From the NCBI GenBank assembly GCA_043228905.1, contig JBHGNT010000014.1, positions 13,268,001 to 13,332,000 on the forward strand: DNA of 64,000 nucleotides, in the 5' to 3' direction. The DNA is from Azolla caroliniana (Eukaryota > Plantae > Polypodiophyta). Numbering within the stretch: the stretch's first letter is position 1; every line of letters starts with the position of its first letter. The notes beneath the pieces are model-generated. The model was given only the letters and a program-made list of their open reading frames with translations, was not told the DNA's origin and did not search any database. Made by a program: the position numbers and the translations under genes. Positions 11,576 through 25,100 of the stretch are shown piece by piece.

Positions 11576-12636
11576 TAATCACAAATAAAAGAAGGAGAAA
11601 TATGGAACATAAAAGTGAAGAGTTATTACATAATAAAAAAACTAATATAAGATTCAAAATAATTTTTATATCTTTCTTTTGCAAGCAAGTAGAATTGCAT
11701 GAGATGAAAAAAATTAAGACAGTTGGCAGAATCTCACATTATTTCTTCAGATAAAGAACACGATTCTCTCAATTCTAGCTCAATTCCAAACTATTTCTTA
11801 ATCCTGATATAGAAATGCATAAGGAGTCTTCAATTCGTTAGTTATTCAAGTGCGGATAATCTGGACAGAAAATAGACACAAGGGAAGTTCTTGTGCAGAA
11901 ATTTTGGTAATAGTAACTTACAAAGCTGAAACTGACCCTGCAAGAACTGCCATACTCCATAAAAAAAGTAATGGAAATCCTTTGACCTTCAATTAACATA
12001 GTTTGTACACAGAAAGCTCAGGAAACACACAAGAAGAACTCTCAGTGATAGCAATTGAAAATTTGAAAATAATACAATTTCTGCAAACAAAGATCATGGA
12101 ATGGATAGAAAATTTGAGAACCTTACACAACTTGTTCGTAAAGGTAGCTCATGAAAAACATAGCAAAATATAATTTGTGCAACCAAAGATCGTGGAAATT
12201 CTAGAAAAAAATACAATTGCAAAGAAAGCTCATGAGATAAATAAGAAAATATAGGGGTTTCTGTGCAAAGAAAACTAATAATAAAAAATACGGAAGTATC
12301 AATTTCCTGTATCAATAAATTTTTTGAAATACCTTGAAACATATTTTCTGTGCAAAGAAAGCTCGTGAAATATGGTGAAAAAACAAGATTTTTGTGAATA
12401 GAAAAACCATAGAAATAAATCTCAATTTATCATAATTTGTAGAAAAAGAACTCATGAAATGTAGAGAAACACTATATAGTACCATCTTAGTAAAAACAAA
12501 AGGCCCATAAATTCACAGAGAAAAACCTCAGAAACGAAGATAAATTGAATGTTCTGACCCGATCAAAATGAAGGAGTGATGGAGACCATTGATGAAACTT
12601 AATCAGCTGAAACCGATGCTGTCGTTGCAAACTTCA

Positions 12637-13105
12637 GGAAGAAGAAGAAGAAGAAGAAGAAGAAGGATACTGTTTCCGAGCTTTTGCTGCAAAATTCTGA
12701 GGGAGTACTTGAAACCCTAGAAATGAAGAAGAAGAAGAAGAAGAAGAAGAAGATTCTGCTTCCAAACAATTGCTGCAGAATTGTGGGTGGGTGTATGGAA
12801 TCCCTAGAGGAGGAGGAGGAGAAGGAGAAGAAAGAGTCCAAATTGGGCAAATACTTCATTCATCTTTACCCATGTCTGTGGTTTTATCCATCCACATCCC
12901 TTCACACACACAAAAACAAGAGACAGAGACAGAGACAGAGACAGAGAGACAGGGGAAGGGGGAGGGCAGGGGCAGGGCACAACACAAAATACTACAAATA
13001 CAAATACAAATACAAAGATTACAAATACAAATACAAATACTACAAATACAAATACAAATACTACAAATACAAATACAAATACAAAGACTACAAATACAAA
13101 TACAC
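12637..13105. repeat. Microsatellite cluster (GAA)n, (AGAGAC)n, (TACAAA)n in the probable 5' leader of the HGGG gene
   Basis: Repeats are seen directly. The minus strand is CT/TTC-rich, as in many plant 5' UTRs. A possible donor GGTCAG lies near 12558. Confidence 0.8.
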
Positions 13106-15217
13106 AAGAAATTGAATGAAGAAATCAGAATCTCAAACCAAAATTTGTGCATCTTGAATTGTGTCGCCGGCCACCCGTTGTTGTTCGCCTAGATTCACAT
13201 TCCATCCCCCCCTCTCCCCCTTCCACCTGAATGATTGATTCCACGACTGATTCCACGCGCATCATGAACATTGATTCCAAGACATGTTCCCGTATATGTA
13301 TATGGATCGTGCGGCCTCCATCGTATGAAATTTAAGTCGACCACCCTCTCCGCACCGTATGCTCAATCATTGAAATGGAGATCCTCATCAAATGTAGCAA
13401 AAAACACTAAACGAGATGTGGGAAACGTGGGTCTACAGTAGTTAGTAGTCACGTAGCTCTCCACGCCCCATTCTCGACCACGTCACATGGATGTGCAAAT
13501 ATGTGTTATGATCGATGCCCATTATGTGGCTTTGCAATACAATGATTCGTCGCCCACCACGCACATTCCATGATCATAATGTTGGTCCACATGGTCTAGT
13601 CGAACGCTCAATGAATTTGGTGACACTCGAATGCAAAGTCATGCAATCACACACAAATCATGCGGCTACATGAAGCACATCACTCGCATAATATTTGATT
13701 TGACAATGGCATGCACTCACTCGCATAATATTTGATTTGACAATGGAGGGCGGTATCGTGCATATATTGGCAATCAATGCACACAATGCAGGAAGTGTTT
13801 ATTCACATTGAAGAGTAACATGCTTATATGTTGTCAGTCTTCACAAATCATCTCACCTTCAACCTTGATTTTGGGAGGACGTAGCTTTTTACAGGAATTT
13901 GTAAGGGGTAGCGCACATCTCTCCCAAAATGCCTTCATCGTTTTCATTCCATGTTTCAATGTCTTATTCATATATCATATGTATATATGTACACGTATAC
14001 ACAATGCATAAATGTGCTCACATATCTAGAAAATCCATATGGAAAATGAAGCGGTGCTTCATATTCTTAGGAGTCATGATTTAAAGGGACACATTTCAAG
14101 TGTGCACGTCTTGCTTGTACATGAAAGGAAAGGCGCTTTCAATGGAAATCATTGTTTCTTTATAAAGTGAAGCCTTTTGAGGTCCATTATAGATCTATTG
14201 TTGATTTCATGACACTCACCATATTGATGCCTAAAGCAATTCCCCAAGAAATAAGCATCAATATTGTGCCCAGTAGTAGCATGGTTACGTGGTGGATCTA
14301 GAACCTAGTATTTGATTTCACAAATATATCTCGAATGATGGCCACACATGATGATGCTACCTTTGGAATCTTCTTTCGTCTTGATTTATTTTCTTACATC
14401 AAACCTCGAGGTGAAACAAAGCTCCCGCAACCTCTATTAATGATAAGTAAGAGAAAATTAAGAAGGAACTTGAAGTACAATAGAGAGAACGAATAAATTC
14501 CTTGTTTTTTTTCTTAGTAAAAGAGAGCTTTTCAAGGAATTTTTAATGGCTTTACAAAGCATTTCACATAGCTAAACCTATTAGAATGGGCAGACCTAAA
14601 AATCAAAGAGTCGGTGAACAAAACATGATTGTTGAAGTCAAAATTGTTTGAATGTATCAAATGCTAAAAGATAATGTAAAGAATGGAATATAGCAAAGCT
14701 ACTTCAATAATACTCTATAATGTCCAAAGCTCTTTTATTGGTTTTTTTTTTTTTTTTGCCAAAAAAAAACTCATTCCATTAGTTATAAAATTTTACATAT
14801 GAGATTAATATATACAAATCCCTGTAGGGACGCGATAAGTCCATCTTATGTGGATGCCCACCGACTCAATAAAGGGGGAGGTCGACCATTGCTGGATGAA
14901 GTCTAGTCGTTGTCTTTCAACTCCATCGAAGTTGCCCTGGAGGCCATCATATTGGATTTTTAGCGTGGCTACAACTTCACTCCATATCTCTTGCATTAAC
15001 ACTATTGGTTGCACGGTTTGGTTGGCGTCTACACCGTTGTTTCCATAGAGTCCAAAGAGTGATTGGGCTAACCAATTCCAACACAACTTCAGATTTGGCA
15101 TTGATAGGAGTTGAGTGGACATTGTCGATGGTGGAGAAAAAAACCTCTTGTGCTTTTATCACCAAAATCATCCCCTCCTCCTGATGCTCGTATCTATCAA
15201 GTGGAGCTTGCCATGAT

Positions 15218-16138
15218 TAACAATCAGCAACGGTTCGTTTTGAACCGAACCAAACCGTGAAACTGTGGTTTAACGGCTTAACGGTTTCAACAGTCAAAAA
15301 CCGCGGTTTGAACGGTTTAATGATTTTTTATTTTTTATTTTATTTGTTAAATTTTTAAATTTTTTTTTTTAAATTTCTAAAAAATTAAAAAAATTGTTTT
15401 TTGTTGAGATATCAAGCTCAACCAGTTTTATCTAGTTTCTCAACACATGTAACTTAGTAGTTACCTAGATCGAATCTAGTTAATGTATTGACCTTAAGCC
15501 TTTAAATAGGACCTTGTACTTAAGTGGGATATTCTAGATCCTCCACTCCTTAGTACATTTAATGTAGGACTTACACATAAGTACCTATGTTCTACCCACA
15601 CATGTGCACCTTTGCACATGGGTTGTATATATACCTCATTGTGGGTATTTTTGTATGTTAATGACACTTTTCAATATAGTCAATCATCCCCCATTTATCT
15701 TCGTGTTCATAAGTGTAACTTTCTCTCTCTCTCTCTTCCTCTCACACACTCTCACGTGCATATCATACTAATCTTCCGTTGCTTAACGTAACCATATAAT
15801 TAGTCTCTAATTAACCCTAGTTAATTACCTAATTACTTAACATTTTAAAACAATCTTTTCATTTTTAGAGTTTATTCTCACATTTTAGGAACATCTTTAA
15901 AATTTAAAAAAATGAAATATTATAGATTTAAAAAAATTAAAAATTAAAAATTTTGACCTATGTTGAAAACCGAAACCGAACCACGAAACCACGGTTTAAT
16001 GGTTTAATGATTTGAAAAATGTTTACCGGTTCGGTTTAACGGTTTCGTGGTTCGGTTCGGTTCATGTTTCAAAAAAAATTAAACGGTTTGGTTTGGATCC
16101 TCCCAAACCGAACCGAACCAAATCGTTGCCAATTGTTA
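15218..16138. mobile_element. hAT-type MITE, copy 2 (carries a solo LTR)
   Basis: TIRs TAACAATCAGCAACG / CGTTGCCAATTGTTA and perfect 8-bp TSD GCCATGAT (15210-15217 and 16139-16146). The body matches copy 1. Confidence 0.92.
15402..15842 (+). mobile_element. Solo LTR of the copia A family
   Basis: TGTTGAGATATCAAGCTCAAC...TAATTACTTAACA matches the reverse complement of LTR 44852-45315. Flanks are TTTTT/TTTTA. Confidence 0.88.
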
Positions 16139-16854
16139 GCCATGATAGCCAACATATATTTCCCCACTTGATTAAGCCTTGCACCTAGCATAATTGCAAT
16201 AAGTGGCCAACCCCCTGCCATATTTGATCGGACTCTAGGTAGTTCCACAAAGCGTGTCGGATTGATTCTATTGCATTTGGGCATGCTACACAATTAGGAG
16301 AGCTAAGGTTCTCACGCTACCATGCACCAACCAGTAGTGACCTATGTATTAATAGCCATTGGAAAGTGGTGATTCGTCATGCGTGTTGTTGTTTCCATAT
16401 TTTTTTCCAAAACTTGGTGATAATTGTGTGAGGAACATGATATGTGTGCCAAACCTTTGCAGTAGCCGACTCTCGGGCGGTTTGAGCAGCTAGAATATGG
16501 CGACCCAATCTAGTTGTGAATTGAAAGAAAGGGATGGGTTTGCTTCCTTGCCCCGCGTAAGGATCATGCCATGTCCAATGCAAAGGGTCCCAACTACCCT
16601 TATGTAGCCATGTGTTTTCGTGAGTACATATGTGCCAATCTGGTTGTACTTTGATAGGATCAGGATCTACAATCCATGTTCACATATAATATAAGACTTC
16701 CATAATAATACTTGTTGGGTTTCGTGGGCCATTTTAGTTTGTGATATAACACACATTGACTCTCTCTCTCTCTCTCTGGTGAAAACACACCATTATATTA
16801 GTAAATGTGTGTGAAAAATACCACAATGCTACCAAAATCGAGTCTAGTCACGAC

Positions 16855-17500
16855 TCACCAATGCACAAGTACTAGAACATGTTGAATTTCCATTGGGCGA
16901 GACAAACACTTCACCAAGGAAAGAATTTCTACTTGCTCAAATAGACAAATTTGCCACATTAGTACTCCGTTCAACTTTCGTATATAAGCTTTGGCTCCAT
17001 GCCTACCATCAAATACAAAACCATTGCGCATATCCCAATTATAACACAATTCTCAATATTGCGGAAATAGACGAACGATCTCCATATTTGATTTTGGGTC
17101 AACTTAATTGAATTATGCAAAAACCCATTGTCTCGATGTCAAACAACAACACGACCAAACTTGTCAAATTTGAGAAATGTAACTCCAAATGTGACAAGCA
17201 ATCAAACATTGTATGGAATGATGAGTAATATCTTCAACTTGAACAATGCAAAAGAAGCAATCACCCATTGCTAATCTATGCCCATTTAGAGCTAATCCCA
17301 AAGGCAAACTCTCAATCAAAACTATGCAAATGAAGACCTTTGCTCCCAACTACATTTTAAGATCTACTATCATCCATAATTAGAGTTATGTACTTCCCAT
17401 TCTTGTTAGGCCTAGATGATTACCACTTAAGAGACTTAGCATAGTAAAGATAGAAGGGATAAATTGTCACGTGGAAAAATGACATTTGACCTCGTAAACA
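16855..17500 (-). mobile_element. Decayed L1-type LINE fragment
   Basis: AKVFI...LPLGLAL...GDCFFCIVQVEDITH..IQC.IAC.IWSYISQI is closely similar to 1160-1530, in the opposite orientation. Confidence 0.75.
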
Positions 17501-18271
17501 CCAATAAACCCGCGGTTCCTCTTTAGTTTGTAGAGGTAAAGAACCTTGCATCAATGTTATATCTTGTAGTTGTTGCTCGATAAACCCATAATTAGTTAGG
17601 ATTGAGCCTCAATATATCCCTCGTTTCTTTGACCCCCAAAATGAAACAATCAATTAAACTAGGAGCACAATCAATGTGTGTGTGTGTGTGGGTGGACCGT
17701 GGGATCTCAACATTCTAGTTATGTTGACCCAAGGGAAAATCTTATTTGGCTCGCACAATACTAGAGTGATATTCTTTACAATTTCCAAAAGCACACCGGC
17801 CATATGCATTTGTTTTATTCTTGGAAACATATTGTACAAAAGAAAGGCAAATTTGTCTTGATTAGTTTATAAAGTATTTTATGAACCAGAATTTTCTAAC
17901 CAATCCACGAAAGTTAGTGAAAACTATGTGGCCCATGTAAACAGTTAGGTAAATAATCTAAAACTTTCTCAAGGATATGATATGAAAGAACGATTATTTT
18001 CTATCATCGCGTTGTCAAGCTTATATATAAACTTGAAAAAAAAAAGTCATGAATATGTGAAAAACCTTAAAAATGAAGACACCAAAGTGGTTGTTGAAGG
18101 GTATCATTGTTCAAGGTTGCTTTCACAACCCCTTCATAACCACAACATCCATATTGTGTATAGCAAAACTTGGAATTCGCAATAACAACTAGAAGGTAAT
18201 AGTCTTTCCAACTTATGATTGTCTACTCAAATAAGTTGTCGTTGCAAATCAAGTGACAACATACCCTACAT

Positions 18272-18826
18272 TGTTAGGAAAATTACACTAATTGTGTTGG
18301 TTCAATGATTGTGCCAAATAAGAGATGACATTTTACTTTCAAATTTTCGAAGCAATCACAATTAACAAGAGAACTCAAACCCCATGAAGAGAGGAGAGGC
18401 AATGTCACAAGGGAAGAGGGTAGGAACTACTTTAACTGTTAGAGATTATTTCTAATGTAAGCATGAAATAAGGAAATAAATGATAGATAGATAAGAGAAA
18501 GAGTGGAAAAGAAGGGTGTTGATCCACCCGACCACCATGTAGTTGGCGTCCCACACCACCTCCATGGCATCGAGTCGTAGACGGACTCGAGCCTTGATTG
18601 GCATCCCATACCACCTCCATGGCATCGAGTTGTACCTAGTATTGGCGTGCTCGTTACAAGAGTCTCGACGTAGTTGAATCAGGTGACCGATGAGGGTAGC
18701 TAGGCCTCATATTTATTGCCAGACCTAAGGCCCCCAGGCAAGTTCACACGTATCCTTTATAGGTTGTCTCAATTCCTAGGATTACAAGTAATCATCCCTT
18801 CTTTACACTCTTGGTTAACCCTCACA
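18272..18826 (-). mobile_element. Possible solo LTR
   Basis: TGTTAGG...CCTCACA termini, a TATA-like site and CT-rich tract on the minus strand, and an internal ~35-bp duplication. No clear TSD. Confidence 0.4.
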
Positions 18827-19213
18827 TTTTATCCTGGTGTGTATAATACTATGATACAACTTACCACAGGATAAATTATGGTCATGCCTGTGGGCCACAA
18901 CATTAACAATATAAACAAGCCATATCGGTTAATAATAACCTTTTTGGTAAAATAAATGGGTAAAAAGTTGTTATATGTATATAAAAAAAAGTGCAAGATA
19001 TGATTCCACATGTACAATATAAAACAAAAATTTGGCATCCTTGAAAATGTCAACGATTTCTTTAGTTTGAAAGAGTTGCAAACCTAGTGGTCTCTTGTAT
19101 GCGCATTCTTGGAGGCAAAGCAATTGCCCAACACATTGTCAGCTAGAGCAACATATGAATATAAAAAAAAATTCAATAAATAAATTGTAACGATTACGCT
19201 TTCCAAAACATAT

Positions 19214-19622
19214 GGCGGTCAGTTCAAGCCTAAAGTGAAGAGTTGAACCTTGGGCTCATCGTCTAAAAAAATTGAACTTGACATTAAGATAGGGATTGAC
19301 AACTGCTCGGTTCAAGCCTAAACCAATTTATAACGGCTTGAGCCTACCTAAACGGTTTGAGCTTGGCTTGGGCCTTGCCAAACCGGCTAAGCCGTTTATG
19401 GGATTTAATTAGGCGGTCATTTCAAGCCTAAAGTGAAGAGTTGAATCTTGGGCTCATCGTCTAAATAATTGAACTTGACATTAAGATAAGGGATTGACAA
19501 CGGCTAGGCTCAAGCATAAACCGGCTTGGGTCGGCTTAGGCTTGAGCCTGCCTAAACGGTTTGAGCTCGGCTCGGCTTGGGCCTTACCAAACCGGCTGAA
19601 CCGTTTATGGGATTGAATTAGG
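19214..19622. repeat. Tandem duplication (~200 bp x2) including a hAT-like end (TAGGGATTGACAAC plus AAACCG/GGCT motifs)
   Basis: GGCGGTCA.TTCAAGCCTAAAGTGAAGAG... occurs at about 19214 and 19412. Confidence 0.8.
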
Positions 19623-21226
19623 TTAGATAATAGAGACTAGAGTGATCATTGACGACTCACGAGTATAGTCTCCACACAGAGTGACGACTCAGGAATCTCC
19701 ATACAGACGAGAGAGAGAGAGAGAGAGAGTCCTGCTGCCTGCAGCCTTCAAGTAATTACTAATCGCAGATACTATATTAATTTCCTTTCTTAGGTTCCTA
19801 TATCCAGTAATTGTAAGGCTTGTTGCTTGCCTATCTAACGCCAAAAAAAGCAGTCCGCAAACACTATTCTTGATTGACCTGTCTCTATCACACACTAAGT
19901 TTGAAATGTGTATATCCAGGATGTCCACAAACAGAATTTCATTACAAGCATTGAAGGAAGACATGGTGACAGGATTCAAAAATAAAAGAAACGTTTTTTC
20001 CAATCATACTGAAGTATATTTCCTTTCAGAGAATTGGACTGAAAGTGTTTTTCATATTCATATTCATTCTTTTCTCTGTTGGTATATCTTTCTTTCTTTC
20101 AGTTGCACTGAAATTGCATTCATGTTTGTTAATTACAAAGACAGCATACTATAATGTCTTGGTAATCATCTATGTCGTTGACATATTGATGTCCACCACA
20201 ACATTAGAAACATATCCCTAGCCAGAGTGGTTCCAAAGGTTTCTCAAAGTGTTTACAAATCTGATCAATGGAGTATATTATAAATGTGTATTTGATAATT
20301 CAACAAACGTTTAATCTAGAAGAAGATTGGCAAATGTGATATCTAGAGAATAGAATATATTGAAGAAATTGTTCACCCACCATTTCGCATTGCCAGCTTT
20401 TCATAGATGGTAGTGTCTAATGGATATATATTATATGGATTCTCAGACTACTTCAAATGGCATTCGAATACAAGAAATAAAATGGCATGAAAACATTTGT
20501 AGAAACTCTAGTGATGTGTGAATGATTTATTATCTAATCGATGTTCATGTTTCTGAGCTATATTTAGTGTTTCTACATAATTACCACTTGAAATTTCACA
20601 TGCACACATTGTGCATAATAGACCGAGATGGTTATCATGAGAGTTCCAAAACATGGAACATGGTTTTATTGGCAAGCTAATTTGAGCATATCTCTAGCCT
20701 CACTAGTAAATTGATTGTACCTTATGGCTAATAGTATGGTTAATTAGTTTATATTTGTATAATGTCAACATGTTTAAAGAGGGAACACAAGATTGGCATT
20801 GTTTATCCATATGTATATACCACAAATTTACTTTAGGTACAACATTTCTAGAACATACCTAAGGGTAGAATATGCGTGTCCAAATGGTCCACTAGTAATA
20901 ATAAATCTATATCTTGCCTTAATTACCAATACATGTTGCAAGTACTCTATCATAATATTATACCACTATAAGTCAACATTGTTAAAATAAAAGGATAGTA
21001 TTTCTTTATATGCCCATGAAAGGAAGCTACTTGATACTAAATCTTCCATTGGCCTTGAGCCTCAAAGATTGCTAAGTGTGGTTTACTGCACCAAATCTCT
21101 ATACATGTAGCAACTTTATAAATGATGTATAAGATACAAGCGTTCCCACTATAGTCTCTTTTAATTGGATGGCATGTAATACCTAGCAAGATACACAGGT
21201 GTCCATGACTTCGTCTAACTTTAATT

Positions 21227-21470
21227 TAGGAATCAGCAACATTTTGGATATAGTTACATACATTTGTTATTTCTTTCTTTGATATTGCACACTATTTATT
21301 CTATGAATTTTATTTTGGTTATAGGTACATACATTTATGTATATGGAAGATAGTCCCAAACCGGTTCACAAACCGGTTTAGCCTAAACCGATTCATGGAT
21401 CGGTTTGGTTTGGTTCAGGTTTGAGAACCCCAAACCGGCTAAACCTAAACAGAACTGTTGCTGATCCCTA
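21227..21470. mobile_element. Small hAT-like MITE
   Basis: TIRs TAGGAATCAGCAAC / GTTGCTGATCCCTA and AAACCG repeats. The TSD is degenerate. Confidence 0.6.
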
Positions 21471-21905
21471 CATTAAGAGCAATATAGTGAACTAAGCACT
21501 ATGTAAGATTCAAATTTTGAATTTTAGATCATTATAATAACAATACATTAGCACTTATAAATATGGTAGATGATCTTAAAGAACTATCACTGGTCACATA
21601 CTTGAAGATAGGTATTAACAAATATAATCACCTACCTTTGATCCCGTAAGGGAAGAACTTATGACCATTGTCACCTATATTCCTACTACTGTTTCCGAGA
21701 TATCAAGATAATATTCTTGTCAAACTAAATATCAATTACTGAAAGATCACTTCAAATGTATAAAGCAGAACACCTGAAGTGCCATACCTGAAGACCTCAC
21801 AATGATTGTAACCTATATATGATTCCAAACTGGAAGACCTTATTACCATTCTCAACTATTTTCTAACACTCTTGTATATGGGAAGAGATAGAGAGTGTGT
21901 GTGTG

Positions 21906-21952
<47 letters not shown>

Positions 21953-22192
21953 TCTTATATCTAGACCAGCCACCATATCAACATCTGGTAGAGTCGGACG
22001 ACACATAAACAAACTCTACCCTTTCTACATATCAACAAGTGATAGTGAATTGAGACATTCTAACAAGTTAATTTGAGCAAAAACACATGCTTTCATTGCA
22101 CTTGGAATGTGTACATCAAATACAATCAAACATCACCACAGATATTGTGATCTATTATTAATTATTACTTTTGGTTCGAGAATAGTAGATTG

Positions 22193-25100
22193 TCACCAAG
22201 AGCCACCAGCCATAACTGCCTCGACATCACTGATCTCACGCGGACATTTTGTAAGGTTTTCACACCCAGTCGCAGTTACAACCTACTCATTACATGACCA
22301 TTTAAACGAGTGAATCCGTAAAAATGGATATAGGTTTGCAAACTCTCAATGAATTGAATGAATGGAAAACATGTCATTAATGATTAGGTTACATACTATG
22401 TCATCTTCAAGCCTCACACCACCGAACCCTCGGAATCTTTCAATCTCTTTCTGATTGATGAAGCAAGAAGTATCTGGGCTGCTAATTGCTTCATCCAGTA
22501 GTATGTCAATGAAGTAGCAACCTGGCTCAACAGTTATAACCTAAAAAATGAACATATGAGTGAGAAGACCAATGTTTTTGCACTATATGTTCCATAATGG
22601 TAGCAAACCTATAATGAGTGAATTTAAGACCTCTATATTTTGAATCATATTTAAAATATAACCTCATATTCGCCTTCCTCTGAACTACTAACAAATTTTC
22701 ATTAAACTGCACAGCTTGCATTTCTTGAAGGAAAATCCAATAGTTTTGAATAATCTTAAGACAGTATATTAGATATTGTTAATATGAGGGGTATAAATGG
22801 AATAGTGGTTCGTTATTAAATAATAAAAACAGGTCACAGCTTATTCATCCCCACTACTATCACCCTTTTCAAATGATACCCACATTGTAAGAATCTAGAT
22901 GTCTTTCTTAGAAGAGTTGGTGGTTTGAGACATTGGATTAAACCGTGTGGGTTTCTCAAACATTTTAATTTTTCTTGCATCAACAAAAATCCCTCAAACG
23001 TTATCAGTCTTTTTTGCATCTACTACATTATGTTAGCACTGCTATCACCAAGGACTCCTAGAAATGTGTGTGCATGTATTGAACACATGCATGCACACAT
23101 GCAGACACGCATTCCCTCTTTGTGGATGATGTGGATATCCTTGCAACTAGCACCATTAAGATCACAATAGATATGCATTTGATTTTTATATTTTGATTCA
23201 GCCAATGTTTCTAGTGTTCAGAAAAATTATAGTGAAGTACTAATCATTTTGTTGCATATATGTTTTGTCAGTTTTCACATCACATTAAGGTAGGAAGCCA
23301 GAAATATACTGTATTACAATAAAAATATCAACAAACAGGCAGAAAGCAGGATATTTCTACCATTCCTTCTTCAAGGGTTCTTGCTGTGCGGAGGGATTTT
23401 AATCCTGGATCTGTTGGCCTTTCCACTCCCTTAATCAAGAGAAATAAATCATTTTAAAGTAATGAAGAATTGATAGCTTCATACATTTATATCAAGTGTA
23501 CCTTCAGATAGCCTCCTGGATCATGTGTATCAAGACCAAGAAAATGACCTAATCCATGAGGCATAAAGGTGGCTCCAAGTCTCTTTGCAACCATATGGTC
23601 TATCTCTCTGTACAAATTTACAACCATGATAAGCATCTCTTTTTTTTGGATATTAGAATTTAATGTGTCTGAACTTCAATTACCCAATCAAAATATTTGC
23701 ATTCAGTAATGCTTCCAAAATTTTCTTTTCCGCCAACCTGTAGTGAACATGCAAAGTCAGTATTGAAAAGATTAAAGTCTGCTCCAGCACAAATATGATA
23801 AGCCATACATAATCAGTGAACATTGGAGAAACATCTATATTGAAAATTTTCTATACAAATGATTACTCATTCTAACTTCCAGCTAATGCCTAGAAGTACA
23901 ACATCTTCACCATCAATAGCACAATCCTTTCCTCAAAAAAATTGAACCATTTCTAGAGACGATAATAAATCAGTTCTTTTACAGGTGCATCTCCACCCAG
24001 CTGATGCCTGGTCTAATTGCTGCCAAGACTGCTTTTTGAGCATCCAATACACCCTAAAGAAAAGAAGGATGTGAAAAATGTTAACTTATTTTGCCAAACA
24101 GTTTCTCTACACACTCATTTCAAAGAATAGAGTAGAAATCACACAGCTCTCAGGACCTACTATAGTCTGTAGTATATACCATGGTGAGACAAAAACAAAA
24201 GACTACATATGTAGATACCCAGTGCATAGGAGATGTTTAACAGGTTTCCAAGCAAGAGAGATACAATATATGTTTGAAAGCCATTACCTTGAGTCCTGAT
24301 GAGTTGAAATTTGTGAACTTTGTGCACTTAAAAATGAAAATTTAAATTTGACGTTGTCTTTTGAAAGCAATAAGAGGCATAATAGACTAGAATTACAATT
24401 ATATTCTATTTCTAGACCTTCATGAAAACATAACAGATGCTGTTTTTGGGCAAGCATTTCTTCAGAAACCATTTAAAGAGGCTTGAAACATTGTTTATTG
24501 CTATTATGAATAAGACCTTTTAAAATAAATTTATTGTCAGGGGAAGTCCTGTAATAAAAATAGGTTTTCAAATGGTGGCCATTCATTATGGGTATGGATT
24601 TAGTATTTCTAAAGAAAATTGGCTCAAAACATAGTCTTAGGATAATGCAATGGGTCCACATCAAAGTGATCTGGATACAAGCATGGACAATGAGATGAAA
24701 TTTCACATGCTAACCTGATATATGACACGTTGGTCTTTAGTGAAACTTCCATTCACCTGTTTAAAATTTATAACCAAAAAATAATAATCAATAAGACAGC
24801 ATACAGCATATATTCCTAAAAAACTACTAGCACCCTTTATCTCAAAAAGACTTGTCAGAAGGTAAACGACTAGTGCTACCAACTAATTAGTTTGAACTCA
24901 ATGTTGTTCACATGTTAAACATTACAAATGCTATGAAATAGCATGTTAGACTAATGTTTTTTGGGGCCAGGGGATTATTAGCATCTTTTAAGAGCCAAAA
25001 TGGCCTAATTAGTGGAAATGCTTAAGATACCAGAGCGCCACATTTCCCATTTTAAACTTAGACTGAAACTTTAGCCCTCAAAAGATCTCCAACATGGACC

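Larger units (their letters stand above)
14742..16640 (-). mobile_element. 3' fragment of an L1 LINE with a probable poly(A) tail, interrupted by a MITE
   Basis: FWKKIWKQQHA.RI.TFQWLLIHR (zf-RVT-like) near 16400 continues to ORF 14805-15122. A T run at 14743-14757 reads as poly(A) about 50 nt after the stop. Confidence 0.7.

Noticed and set aside
12684-13192. Plus-strand ORFs with poly-K, YK and QI repeats as real genes
   Set aside because: They are translations of microsatellites with no domain signal.
24296-24312. CTGATGA...GAAA hammerhead ribozyme core
   Set aside because: There is no room for stem II and no convincing stems I or III.
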